Shown: positions 1 through 12,355 of the stretch, one piece after another
How positions within the stretch are numbered: position 1 is the first letter of the stretch
Layout of the letters: each line of letters opens with the position of its first letter
Assembly (NCBI RefSeq): GCF_030028105.1
Contig: NC_092373.1
Span: forward strand, 138,638,278 to 138,702,277
Reading direction: 5' to 3'
Source: Mobula birostris
Lineage: Eukaryota
DNA length: 64,000 nt
Position numbers and translations under genes: made by a program
The notes under the pieces: generated by a model
Database searches by the model: none
Told to the model about the DNA's origin: nothing
Seen by the model: only the letters and a program-made list of their open reading frames with translations

Positions 1-377
1 AGAACTCCAGAACCTGCAATTATTCATTGAAGAATTTCCAAGCTTTCATAAAGTTTATTACTAATCTGTTCCTGGTCCTGGCCAAATTGATGTCAGACTA
101 ATACAGCTATAAATTTGATGACTTTTTCATCTTTAAAAACTCTATTCTTTAATGCATCCAGCTCAATATGATAACTTATTTGACTCTATCTTATACAGAT
201 AGGTCATAATGAACGCTGTTGCATTCACATGCAGATGGCTCAATTCTAAACACAGTTTTCTGGAACATTATTCATTTTTTTTCTATTATCAGGCATTTGA
301 TTATGAAAGTGTGAAAGATACAATTAAATTTTAAGTGCATATGCAATCATATCAGAATATGTTATGTGTTCAAAGGC

Positions 378-570
378 ACTTCAGGTGATGGAATCTGGAG
401 CAACAAAGAATTGCTGGAAGAACTCAGCAGGTCAACCAGTAACAGTGAAGTGTACGGAATCGTCAACAGTTCGGGTTGCAAAATTGATAATTCCCTCTCT
501 CACACACATCAGCTCAACTCATTGAATTCTTCCAGAAGATTACTTGAAATGTGATTTCAAGATATTCCAA
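378..570. mobile_element. Degenerate fold-back of Penelope pseudo-LTR 3' ends (inverted pair)
   Basis: Left arm 'ttgctggaagaactcagcaggtcaa' and right arm 'gctcaactcattgaattcttccagaaga' match opposite strands of the pLTR terminus seen at 5500-5590 and 13594-13660. Confidence 0.6.
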
Positions 571-581
571 TCCAATTCCTC

Positions 582-1160
582 AGTCAACAGATGCACTCAA
601 AAATTTCTATAGTTGTACTGTGGAGAGCATTCTGACAGGCTGCATCACTGTCTGGTATGGAGGGGCTACTGCACAGCACTGAAAGGAGCTGCAAGCTTGT
701 AAATCTAGTCAGCTCCATCTTGGGTACCAATCTACAAAGTACCCAGGACATCTTTAGGGAGTGGTGTCTCAGAAAGGCAGCGTCCATTATTAAGGACCTC
801 CAGCACCCAGGGCATGCCCTTTTCTCACTGTTAGCATCAGGTAGGAGGTACAGAAGCCTGAAGGCACACACTCAGTGATTCAGGAACAGCTTCTTCCCAT
901 CTGCCATCCAATTCCTAAATGGACCTTGAATATTTGGACACTACCTCACTTTTTTTAATATATAATATTCCTGTTTTTGCATGTCTTTTTTAATCTATTC
1001 AATATACTTATACTGTAATTGATTCACTTGTTTATTTATTATATTTTTTTGTTTTTTTTTTCTCTGCTAGATTGTGTGTTGCATTGAACTGCTGCTGCTA
1101 AGTTAACAAATTTCAAGTCACATGCTGGTGATAATAAACCTGATTCGGATTGTGATTCTG
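582..1160 (+). mobile_element. Rex1/Babar-type LINE 3' fragment
   Basis: Translates as FYSCTVESILTGCITVWYG and KAASIIKDLQHPGHALFSLLASGRRYRSL, typical Rex1 C-terminus; ends in aataaa plus a (gattct)-like tail. Confidence 0.85.
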
Positions 1161-1164
1161 ACAG

Positions 1165-1588
1165 TCTCCCTGGTGAAAAACCCTGCCGTCCAGGCATCCC
1201 GCTTCTCGCTGCTACCTTTGGGCTGAAGGCACAGAACCCATAGGTTCCACACCACCAGTTTCTGGAACAGTTATTACCCAACAACTATCAGGCTCCTGAA
1301 CTGGCATGGATAACTTCACCCACCACAACTCCGTAGTGATTGTACAGACACACTTTCATGGGTTCTTTACAATTCATGCACTCAGTGTTATTTTTACTTG
1401 CATAGTTTGACTTCTTTTGTACATTAGTGTTTGTCAGTTTTTTGTTAGTTTATGTATTATTTTTCATAACATTCTATTGCATTTCTTTTTTTCCCCACAA
1501 ATACCTACAATATAAACGATCTCAAGGTAATATATGGCAACATAAACATAATTGGCTAATAAATTTATATTAAATTTTGAACTTTGAG
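1165..1588 (+). mobile_element. Second Rex1/Babar-type LINE 3' fragment
   Basis: 'ccacaccaccagtttctggaacagttattaccc...caggctcctgaac' is homologous to the preceding element; ends 'aataaatttatattaaattttgaactttga'. Confidence 0.65.
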
Positions 1589-1599
1589 ATACAAAACAC

Positions 1600-1776
1600 A
1601 TTACAACATTTAGAAGACTTGGACAGGTTCAGAGTTAAGAAAGGTTTTAGAGGGATATTGGCCATGTTTGGGCAAATAGGACTAGCTTAGAAGGGCATCT
1701 TGTTTGGCATGAACCGGTCGGTATGAACCAGTTGACCCGAAGGACCTGTTTCTGTGCTGGGTCATGCCGACTCTAA
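1600..1776 (+). mobile_element. CR1 LINE 3' end fragment
   Basis: 'aaggttttagagggata...ggcaaataggactagc...gaaggacctgtttctgtgctg' resembles the CR1 3' end at 62040-62190. Confidence 0.65.
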
Positions 1777-1947
1777 ATCAAATTCTAGGGATAGTTAAGC
1801 TTAGTGATAATTACCCACAGTGAAAAGTGCTCACATTCTCATCCTAAAAACAGCCTGAAATATCTTCCCTTCCCCCTTCCTCACAGAGTATTCATTTATC
1901 AATTTGTGGCAATACACTTTAGAGAGGAAGAGGAAAATCCCTTACAG

Positions 1948-2620
1948 GTAAAGGACCTAGAGCTTTCCCAGTGTGTATGACAAATAAAATCTTCTCAGGC
2001 TTCCAGCGGGTACAGGTGTCGACAAACTCTGCCACCTTCTTCAGGGGTGATGCCTGGGCAAGTCCAGTGGTATTTATACCCTTGTATTCCGTCCCTCCTG
2101 ACTGGTTAGTCTTCGTCCAATCAGACTTCCGCTCTCCCACCTTATTTACAATTGAATTCCAGTCCTTACTTAGAGCGAGACCTTTGTCTTTGTTAAAATT
2201 CTTTTCCTCTATCTTTATTCCAATAGCTTCCTTAACCAGGCGGTCCCAAAAGCCATTGGGGTGGCACAATAGTTTTGTGCCTTTGAAGTCAATCCTATGG
2301 CCATTGCGAATGCAGTGTTCTGCTACCACCAGTTTCTCTGGGTAACCCAAATGGAACCATCTGGTAAAGGAAGCCATTGAAATAAAATGTTAACAAAGAC
2401 AAAGGTAAGAACTGGAATTTGATTGTAAGCAAGGTGGGAGAGCAGAAACCTGATTGGATGAGGACTAACCAATCAGGAGGGACGGACTATGGGGGATATA
2501 AATACTATCAGACTAGACTTGGTCTGGCCTCATCCCTGAAAAAGATGGCAGAGCTTGTCATCAAAGCGCTGGTTATAATCGATTCCTGTACCTGGCTGGA
2601 AGCCCACGAAGAGTTTATCT
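1948..2620. mobile_element. Penelope-like element (Poseidon/Penelope-type): minus-strand GIY-YIG C-terminus plus pLTR, joined to an inverted plus-strand pLTR copy
   Basis: ORF 1919-2377(-) has AEHCIRNGHRIDF...RLVKEAIGIK...NFNKDKG; 2360-2620(+) repeats the same sequence in inverted orientation. Confidence 0.85.
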
Positions 2621-3954
2621 CCTTGCAGACTTTCTAAATACATCAACAGATCCAAGGATTTGGAGGTCTACGTGACTGTTCTGTTTTTATTCCATTATGT
2701 GGGGAGGAGGGATTTAGGGGTTGATGGTTGTGCTGTCATTCTTTTCTTTCTTGGTTTTGTGACTATCTGGTGAAGAGGAATTTCAGAGTTGTATACTTTA
2801 ATAATAAATAAACCTTTGAACCTTTGAACAACACGGCTGCCTGACCTGTTGAGTACTTCAAGCATTTTTTTTACCATGGTAATGCCTACGGTCTATGATT
2901 ATAATCTGAAATGTCTTCAATTATTTTAAAAAATTGGCTACAATCAATTAGTGAATGGAAAACAAAGCACCCTTTGTTATCAGCAGCATCCATCTATGGG
3001 GAAGTCTTTTGTTTTAAATCAAAAACCTTACCATCATCATTGTGATTTGAATTTATGGTTTATCAATTATAGTTGTCCCACTGTAGCTAATTCATTTGGA
3101 ACTGGCTGAGTGTGCAGAACTTACAAGCCTCCTGTCTGTCTCATTTTCGTAATTACTCTTTCCCCATATCTTTAAAGAGTTGACATTCTTATTTACCCTT
3201 AGTCATGCTTTATTAAGCACCTTCATTTAGCAAGGTCCTCTAATACATTGTGACTGAGTTACTGCTTTTATCATCAAAGTGCAAGTTTTATTGTTGGCAT
3301 TTTTACTACAGCTAGTGGGAGGATGTTTCTGATCTTTAGAGGACAAATCTGCTGAGATGAAGGTATTTGTTTGCTCATCTTGACATTCTGTGACACCATG
3401 GCAATTATAATTCCAGGAAATGCTTGTTGGTAGTAACATCTTTCACTTTAAAATAGCCACAGTAGCTGGAGGACATGGAGACTGCATCACAAGGATTTTC
3501 TATTTGCATTTCTTTAAAGTTGTGTAGTCTGGAATCAATAAAGATGAAAAGCCCAATTTTAACTTGGGGTGAAAGGTGAGAAGGCCATCATGGTGCGTAG
3601 CCGGTATGGTTCTATTCAATAAGGAAAGGCTTAGTTATTTTAATACTAACAGTGCGGGCTTGACTTCTATCCTAACTAAGTGGGAAATGGTGTAAGGTCA
3701 GTGAACAGGAACAGAGTGAGCATTTCAGGAAGTTTCTAGTCAAGTGCCCCAAGAGTACAACTGGCAGTCAGGTAATGTGGCCAGAGTGCGATGGGTGGAG
3801 GTTGCCAATTCAATGGCAATGAGGAGCAAGCCCAACTTTTTCTCATGAGACCTACAGGGACACCACTCCTCCTTCTGCCCCTTGGGAAAATTTTAAATTT
3901 TAAATTAACTCACCTTGCCAAGCACTTTTTGGGTTTAAAGTGGGCAAGCACAAA

Positions 3955-4400
3955 GACCTTCCTGGAGCAGCGAACAATCTGCTGGAGGAAATCAGTGTGT
4001 CAAGCAGCATCTGTGGTTGGAAAAGGAATGTTAATACTATGGGTGGAAACCCTGGCATCAGGACTGAAATCAAGTGGTGGAGACTGGGGAATTGAAAGCT
4101 GTTCGAACGATGGAGGGCAGGCAAGGTTTCCCAGATGTAGGTGGGAAGGGACTGGGCAACGGGAGACAGGATAGAGATTAGGTACAAAGAGATAAATTTA
4201 GTGGGACAAATGCATGCAGAAAAATTGGCCCACTTGGTGAGTCCTGTTTGTGGATCTTGGATAAGACCAATGCAGGGTAGGAATGGTGCAGAGTGATGCA
4301 TCAGGGCTCTGAATAGAAATGTTGACAATCCCTTGCTCCAAAGATACTGCTCAACCCTCTGAGTTCCTCCCTCTATTGTTAATCACTTCAGATTCCAACA
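3955..4400. mobile_element. Degenerate inverted Penelope pLTR fragments
   Basis: 'aatctgctggaggaaatcag...caagcagcatctgtgg' on the minus arm and 'agatactgctcaaccctctgagttcctcc' on the plus arm. Confidence 0.55.
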
Positions 4401-4454
4401 CCAGTGTGCCCACAGAAACCTTATTGGTGAGTGCAGTTCTAGCTGTCAAAACTT

Positions 4455-5590
4455 ACTCCTTCTTCAAAGGAAGGGGCTTCCCTTTTTCCACCATCAACGC
4501 TGCCCTCAATCGCATCTCTTCCATTTTGCGCACATCTGCCATTACCCCAAACTGCTGCCACAGCAGGGTTCTCACCTACCACCCCACTAGTCTCTGCGTC
4601 CAGCACATAATTCTCTGTAAGTTCTGCCATCTCCAACAGGATCCCACCACCAAGCCCATCTTTCCCTAACCTCCACTTTCACCTTTCCATAGGGATGACT
4701 GCCTAAGCGATTCCCCTGTCCATTCGTCCCTCCCCACTAATCTCCCTCCTGGCATTTACCCTTGCAAGCGGAACAAGTGGTACTCCTGCCCCTACTCCTC
4801 CTCCCTCACTACCACTCAGGGCCCTAAATAGTCCTTCCAGGTGAGGCCACACTTCACCTGTGAGTCTGTTGGCATCATCTACAGTATCCGGTTCTCCCAG
4901 TGTGGCCTCCTGTATATCAATGAGACCCGGTGTATATTGGTAGACCACTTCATCGAGCACATATGCTCTGTTCGCCAAAAAAGTGGGATTTCCCAGTGTC
5001 CACCCATTTCCATTGTACTCCCATTTCCATTTCGGCATGTCAGTCTATGGCCTCCTCTACTGCCACGATGAAGCCACACTCGGGTTGGAGAAGCAACACT
5101 GTACATTCTGGACAGCCTTCAACCTGATGGCATGAACATTGATTTCTTGAACTTCTGGTAATTGACCCTTCCTCCTTCACCATTCTCCATTCCTGTTTCC
5201 CTCTCTCACCTTATCTTCTTATCTGCACATTACCTCCCTCTGGTGCTCCTCCCTTTTCCCTGTCTTCCATGGTCTTCTGTCCTCCCCTATCAGATTTTCC
5301 CTTCTCCAGCCCTTTATCTCTTTCACCAATCAACTTCCCAGCTTCTTACTTCACCCCTTCCTCATATCCCAGTTTTGCCTATCACCTACCACCTTGTACC
5401 TCTTCTTCCCCTCCCCCACCTTTTAGTCTGACTCTTTCCCCCTTCCTTTCTAGTGCTGATGAAGGGCCTCAGCCTGAACCATCGACTGTTTACTTTTTCC
5501 CATGGATAATGCCTGGCCTGCTGAGTTCCTCCAGCATTTTGTGTGTGTTACTTTGTACTTCCAACATCTGCAGATTTTCTCATGTTTGCA
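4455..5590 (+). mobile_element. Penelope-like element (Neptune-type), 5'-truncated, with decayed GIY-YIG endonuclease and pLTR
   Basis: HFTCESVGIIYSIRFSQCGLLYINETR (GIY-YIG); Cys-rich linker near 4760; pyrimidine-rich pLTR with a degenerate hammerhead at ~5452-5488. Confidence 0.9.
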
Positions 5591-6580
5591 TTTTAAAGTT
5601 GGTGATTCTTGTGTTATACAACCTCAATTATTGAATGGTCAGAAGGCCCTCAGCTGGCAGTTAAGAGGGGCACACATACCTCCCAAACACTTTGCAGACC
5701 AACACTGTCATTTAGTTTCAGATGGAAGGGGCCGTTTCTATTTTAATCCCTATATAATTAAATCTTGACATGGAGGGTCGGAATTGATCTTAAGAACTTT
5801 ACAATTGCAGTTCAGTACTTTTCGTTAGAATATTGTTTTCCTATTCAGAAAGGTGTGTGTTCATATTCAAGCCTTGACTCACTTAAGTTCAGCTATTGAT
5901 GAGTGTCAGATTTTGGGATATTTGGTATTTGGCCTAGACTGAGTTTATTGGTTTCGGATACAATGTGGTTCTGATTTAAATCCTGGTTCAAAATAAATTC
6001 CCAAAGGGCTCATTTTTTTATATAACTTGACAAGGGGCAAAAACTGGTGCCACTGAAGCAAGAGAATGCTTGGTACTTTAATGAGCTATCTTGAGAGATA
6101 ATGTTATCTTTAACAGCTTGTGGCAATAGGGCGGATTATTATCACATTGCAGTAAGTGGCAGGCAAGGCGTGGTAAGAGAAACTGTTTTCATGCTTGCTC
6201 AGTTTGAGATTGTCTGGTTTCAATCCTTCTTCTGCAAGTAGCAGTTCCAGTGGCTAAAGCCCAGACATAATGAATTAGGAGAGTCAGAGGTTAATCTTTT
6301 GACTTCCCGTCCAGCTAACAAAAGGAAAAGACCTGCATGATCAAAATAGTCTAGTTGCAACTGACAGCAATGCTAGTAGAAAGCGGAACGACTACATACA
6401 ACCAGAGTATAACCCTATCTGATATCTTCTGAATTACGATTAGTTTTATAGAGAAAAAGTGAAGATGCTGAGGTCATTTGCCTGTTGGTATACATGATGA
6501 ATTTTAACCATGAGTGGAACTCGTTCAGGTGAAAAGATTAATTGTGGAAGTTCTCAAATCCAAAGCCAATCACTTCTAAA

Positions 6581-7675
6581 ATGCCAGTCTGGACATGATA
6601 GTGATGAGAGTAGGGGTAGATGCCAGTCTGGACATTACGGTGATGAGAGTAGGGGTAGATGCCAGTCTGGACATATCGGTTATGAGAGAAGAGGTAGATG
6701 CCAGTCCGGACATTACGGTTATGAGAGTAGGGGTAGATGCCAGTCTGGCCATGATGGTGATGGGAGTAGGGGTAGATGCCAGTCTGGACATTACAGTGAT
6801 GAGAGTAGGGGTAGATGTCAGTCTGGACATTACGGTTATGAGAGTAGGGGTAGATGTCAGTCTGGACATTACGGTTATGAGAGTAGGGGTAGATGCCAGT
6901 CTGGACATTACGGTGATGAGAATAGGGGTAGATGCCAGTCTGGACATTACGGTTATGAGAGTAGGGGTAGATGTCAGTCTGGACATTACGGTTATGAGAG
7001 TAGGGGTAGATGCCAGTCTGGACATTACGGTGATGAGAATAGGGGTAGATGCCAGTCTGGACATTACGGTGATGAGAGTAGAGGTAGATGCCAGTCTGGA
7101 CATTACGGTGATGAGAGTAGGGGTAGATGTCAGTCTGGACATTACGGTGATGAGAGTAGGGGTAGATGCCAGTCTGGACATTACGGTGATGAGAGTAGGG
7201 GTAGATGCCAGTCTGGACATTACGGTGATGAGAGTAGGGGTAGATGCCAGTCTGGACATTACGTTGATCAGAGTAGGGGTAGATGCCAGTCTGGACATGA
7301 CAGTGATGAGAGTGGGGGTAGATGCCAGTCTGGACATTACAGTGATGAGAGTAGATGTAGATGCCAGTCTGGACATTACAGTGATGAGAGTAGAGGTAGA
7401 TGCCAGTCTGGACATTACAGTGATGAGAGTAGGGGTAGATGCCAGTCTGGACATTACAGTGATGAGAGTAGGGGCAGATGCCAGTCTGGACACTACAGTG
7501 ATGAGAGTAGGGGTAGATGCCAGTCTGGACATTACAGTGATGAGAGTAGGGGTAGATGCCAGTCTGGACATTACAGTGATGAGAGCAGGGGCAGATGCCA
7601 GTCTGGACATTACAGTGATGAGAGTAGGGGTAGATGCCAGTCTGGATATTACAGTGATGAGAGTAGGGGTAGATG
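6581..7675. repeat. 39-bp minisatellite, about 28 copies
   Basis: Unit tgccagtctggacattacRgtgatgagagtaggggtaga; 13-aa periodicity in all four long ORFs spanning it. Confidence 0.98.
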
Positions 7676-7914
7676 ATCAACCTGCTCTCTGGAGGGGATT
7701 ACTCATTCAAGCATGTTTATAAAGCTGTGGGAATACAAAATTTATCTGTGTTTCAGACTTAATGCTGACTGGATGATTGTTCTGGACTTCATGAAGCCAG
7801 ATAGCTCAAGGGAAGTATGGACTAATATGTGGAAATCTGAGTGATTTCCCAACACTCTTCTTAAACCAATAGAGGCAAGAATGCTTCACTTAGACCCACA
7901 GACAAGTCTTTTAA

Positions 7915-8773
7915 TTTCTGCAAGATCAACAACTCGTTTCAACTCTTCAAAGCTAAGTGCACTGGTGCTGCCAACATCGCTGCCTCTCTCCTGGATGAGC
8001 TAAGTCTATCTTACGCTCTGTTCGATGTCGCCAACTCTGAGCCCCTGAGGAGAGTTGCTGAAGCAACCTGCACCTTGGTCATCGCCAAGGCTGAAGTACG
8101 CAGGAGTTTCCAACGAGTGGACAGTCGCAAGGCTGCAGGATTGGACGGCATCCCATGGCGTTTCTCAGGATGTGTGCAGCACAACTGGCAGGTGTGTTTG
8201 CAGACATATTTAATCTCTCCCTCTCCCAGCGTAGAGTGCCCTCCTGCTTCAAAACATTCACCATTGTTCCTGCACCTAAAAAGACCAAGGTAACATGTCT
8301 GAATGACTGGCATCTTGTCGCACTCACCTCAATAATAAGCAAATGCTTTGAGAGGCTGGTCAAGGACTACATCTGCAGCTTGGCACCACCCACACTGGAC
8401 CACCTACAATTCACCTACTGATAGAACCAATCGACAGACAACATAATAGCCACAGCTCTACACACGGTCCTTACACATCTGGAGAAGAAGGATGCTTATG
8501 TGAGAATGCTGTTCATGGCCTCCATAATTCCTTCCAGGCCTTCACCTTGCCTTGTGTAGCTGGATCCTGGAAGTCCTGTCAGATTGCTGGCAGGTGGTAA
8601 GAGTGAAGTCCGTTGATACAACTGTAATTTCTCTGCTATAATATGACTGTCCCTTTGTACGATACTATTTATTACAAATTACTTTGAATTGCACATTTGA
8701 TGGAGACGTAACGTAAAGATTTTTACTTCTTAAGTAGGTGAAGGATGCAAGAAATAGAGTCAATTCAATTCAT
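7915..8773 (+). mobile_element. Rex1/Babar LINE: RT fragment with internal deletion and 3' tail
   Basis: RKAAGLDGIP and QLAGVFADIFNLSL...VALTSIISKCFERLVK RT motifs with frameshifts; (aattc)n tail near 8761. Confidence 0.85.
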
Positions 8774-9014
8774 CTGCATGAAGACAGTCCTCTCATAATT
8801 ATAATTTACCCTTTATAATCAGTCTAATTTCTCTAACTTCCCACATTTCCTTCTGATCTCCCTCCAATCCCTTCTCTGTCTCTCCCTCGCACCAGATACA
8901 ATTCTCTGATCCTTTCCCACACTCTTACTTCTGCCTCTGATCACTTTCTGTATGATGTACCCATCAACAAGCGTGCTTGAGTCAAGAAAATACTTCTGAG
9001 CTCATTTTTGTTAA

Positions 9015-9578
9015 TGTAACCCCCAGCTTCGGTGGGCTACATTAGTCTAAGGGAAGATAGTCGCAGCCTCCACTAAACTGGTGAGATCTCATTTGTGTGG
9101 ATGCTGCGTGACGTTTTCCCCTGTTACAAGTCAGTACCACAAAATAACAAACAGTACACCATATGCAATTAAACGATTGACTTTTATCATTCTTAATTTG
9201 ACTATAGAGTTAGTAAAGAAAACAAAAAGAAAAAGGGCCCATTTTAATGAAACAGTCTAATGCGCATGTCGGAGCTCACGATTGTCCCATCCAATCGTTC
9301 TCCATCAATTTCCCCTGGACGTCACAGACTCCTGACCCCAGTCCAAGGCTATTCTGTCCTGTAGCCTATGATCTCTCTGTTCTGGCATCTTCTTTCTCCA
9401 TCCTCTGCTGAACAAAAGCCCACAAATCCCTCGCTCTCAGGAACACAAGAAAGAAAAACCTCTCCTCATTGGACGCCGCACATTCCAAAGCCTCCATTAT
9501 CTCTAATCATAATCCAAACACACTACTGCTGCAGAGGAACCATTACATTAGCAGTAAAACCTTTCCCAGAGCATTACA
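9015..9578. mobile_element. Probable solo LTR (564 bp)
   Basis: Starts TGTAA and ends TTACA (5-bp terminal inverted repeat); flanked by TTAA at 9011-9014 and 9579-9582. Confidence 0.6.
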
Positions 9579-9950
9579 TTAAAGACAATGGATACTGAAC
9601 TGATGTGAAAAATCTGATCTGCAGTTTCAGTACCCGACAAATCCTATTCAAGTTGCTGAACTCCCAGGATTCTTTCTGCTTCATGAATATTAATTTGTGC
9701 TTAATCAATTTTTTGTGAGACCCAAGTCATTTATTGAACATTGGGAGTCATGGACTCGCTGAACAGTATCAAGATGTAACAATACAATGTAAAATCCTAC
9801 CTTGAAAATGCATATCAGGAAGAGTCTGTGGCAATCCACTTAGCTGTCCCAGATGTTATAAACTAGCTTTGAAATTTCAAGGGTAGAATGAATCTTTCTT
9901 GTCTTAGGTTGCATTAGATATACTGAAGAAGAAATGGTTCTCTGCCTGAA

Positions 9951-11870
9951 CAAAAAAGCTAGGTAATGATAGAGATCTAGAAGATTATAAGGCTAGCAGG
10001 AAGGAGCTTAAGAATGAAATTAGGAGACCCAGAAAGGGACATGAGAAGGTCTTGGTGGACAGGTTTAAGGAAACCCCCAAGGCATTCTGCAAGTATGTGA
10101 AGAGCAAAAGGATAAGACATGAGAGAATAGGACCAATCAAGTGTGACAGTGGAAAAGTGTGCATGGAACCGGAGGAGATAGCAGAGGTACTTAATGAATA
10201 CTTTGTTTCAGTATTCATTATGGAAAAAGATCTTGGTAATTTTAGGGATGAATTAGAGCACCCTGAAAAGCTTGAGCATGTAGATATTAAGGAAGAGGAT
10301 GTGCTGAACCTTTTGGAAAGCATCAAGTTGGATAAGTCACGGGTACCGAACAGGATGTACGCCAGACTACCATGGGAAGCGAGGGAGGAGATTGCTGAGC
10401 CTCTGGCAATGATCTTTGCAACATCAATGAGGATGGAAGAGGTTCCGGAGGATTGAAGGGTTGCGGATGTTGTTCCCTTATTCAAGAAAGGGAGTAGAGA
10501 TAGCCCAGGAAATTATAGACCAGTAAGTCTTACTTCAGTGGTTGGTAGGTTGATGGAGAAGATCCTGACAGACATAATATGATTAGGAATAGCCAGCATG
10601 GCTTTGTGAAAGGCAGGTCGTGCCTTACGAGCCTGATTGAATTTTTTGAAGATGTGACTAAACACATTGATGAAGGTAGAGCCGTAGATGTAGTGTATAT
10701 GGATTTCAGTAAGGCATTTGATAAGGTACCCCATGCTAAGCTTATTGAGAAAGTAAGGTGGCATGGGATCTAAGGGGAAATTGCTTTGTGGATCCAGAGC
10801 TGGCTTGTCCACAGAAGGCAAAGAGTGGTTGTAGACTGCTCATATTTTACATGGAGGCCAGTGATCAGTGGTGTGCCTCAGGGATCTGTTCTGGGACCCC
10901 TACTCTTCATGATTTTTATAAGAGGAAGTGGAGGGATAGGTTAGTAAAGTTGCTGATGACACAAAGGTTGGGGGAGTTGTGAATAGTCTGGAGGGCTGTC
11001 AGAGGTTACAATGGGACATCGATAGGATGCAAAACTGGGCTGAGAAATGGCAGATTGAGTCCAACCAGATAAGTGTGAGGTGGTTCATTTTGGTAGGTCA
11101 AATATGATGGCAGAATATGGCATTAATGGTAAGACTCTTGGCAGTGTGGAGGATCAGAAGGATCTTGGGGTCCGAGTCCATAGGACGCACAAAGCTGCTA
11201 CGCAGGTTGACTCTGTAGTTAAGAAGGAATACAGTGCATTGGCCTTCATCAACCATAGGATTGAGTTTAAGAGCTGAGAGGTAATGTTGCAGCTATATAA
11301 GACCCTGGTCAGACCCCACTTGGAGTACTGTGTTCAGTTCTGGTCACCGCACTCCAGGAAAGACATAGAAACCATATAAAGGATGCAGAGGAGATCACAA
11401 GGATGTTGCCTGGATTGGGAAGCATGCCTTATGAGAATAGGTTGAGTGAACTCGGCCTTTTCTCCTTGGAGCAGGATGAGAGGATGAGAAGTGACTGATA
11501 GAGGTGTATCAGATTATGAGAGGCATTGATCGTGTGGATAATCAGAGGCTTTTTCCCAGGGCTGAAATGGCTAGCATGAGAGGGCACAGTTTTAAGGTGC
11601 TTGGAAGTAGGTACAGAGGAGATATCAGGGGTAAGTTTTTTACGCAGGGAGTGGTGAGTGCGTGGAATGGGCTGCCAGCAGTGGTGGTGGAGGCAGATAC
11701 GATAGGGTCTGTTAAGACACTCCTGGATAGGTACATGAAGCTTAGTAAAATAGAGGGCTATGGGTAAGCCTAAGTAGTTCTAACGTAAGGACTTGTTCAG
11801 CACAGCTTTGTGGGCTGAAAGCCTGTATTGTGCTGTAGGTTTTCTATGTTTTTATGCTTCTATGTTTCTA
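9951..11870 (+). mobile_element. CR1 LINE, 5'-truncated ORF2 (RT) pseudogene
   Basis: SQHGFVKGRSCLTSLIEFFE, VDVVYMDFSKAFDKVPH and [10 protein letters not shown] motifs with stops and frameshifts; (ttctatg)-like tail. Confidence 0.95.
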
Positions 11871-12034
11871 CCAACCCTTGCTCAATATACAGTCCTTCCT
11901 CCTCTTCATCTTGTCATGAAATTTTTCTTGAGCAGCTGCTCTTGGGCTGTAGTCAGTTCAGCAACATCTATACCAAATACTGAACCAAACCTACCCTTTG
12001 GCCTGGGTTCCAGGTAAGAAATCAGTTTTAAGAA

Positions 12035-12270
12035 AACTAAAATCAAGGTGGAGTTTATTGCCCTATGCACAAGCTCATGTATGCATAGGTGAATTGAAAA
12101 CCTTAAGTGAAGCAGCATCAAGGAACATAGCATCAATAACACGACATTCCCAAGAAAAAATATAACTTCAACATACATTAGAGAAAATTATACAAGAAAG
12201 AATAATACACTTACAACAAAGTAACAAAGATCATTGTAGTGCAAAGTCATGATGACTGGGATAACCAGGA
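12035..12270 (-). mobile_element. Non-LTR (Rex-type) 3' UTR fragment
   Basis: 'gagtttattgccctatgcacaag...' reads as a poly(A)-signal and tail on the minus strand, similar to other Rex-type tails in the window. Confidence 0.4.
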
Positions 12271-12355
12271 CGTTGACCATATTTCCTCTCGCTACTCCAA
12301 TGGACATTCTTTTAATGTTTATTGTTGTGTATCTTTTGCTAAACCTTTTAATCTA

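Noticed and set aside
6581-7675. CRISPR-like array, or a hammerhead array (gtgatgag resembles ctgatgag)
   Set aside because: No unique spacers, eukaryotic context, and the units lack CTGA and GAAA core elements
6538-7722. Three other 340-380-aa ORFs over the minisatellite
   Set aside because: By-product of a stop-free unit whose length is a multiple of 3
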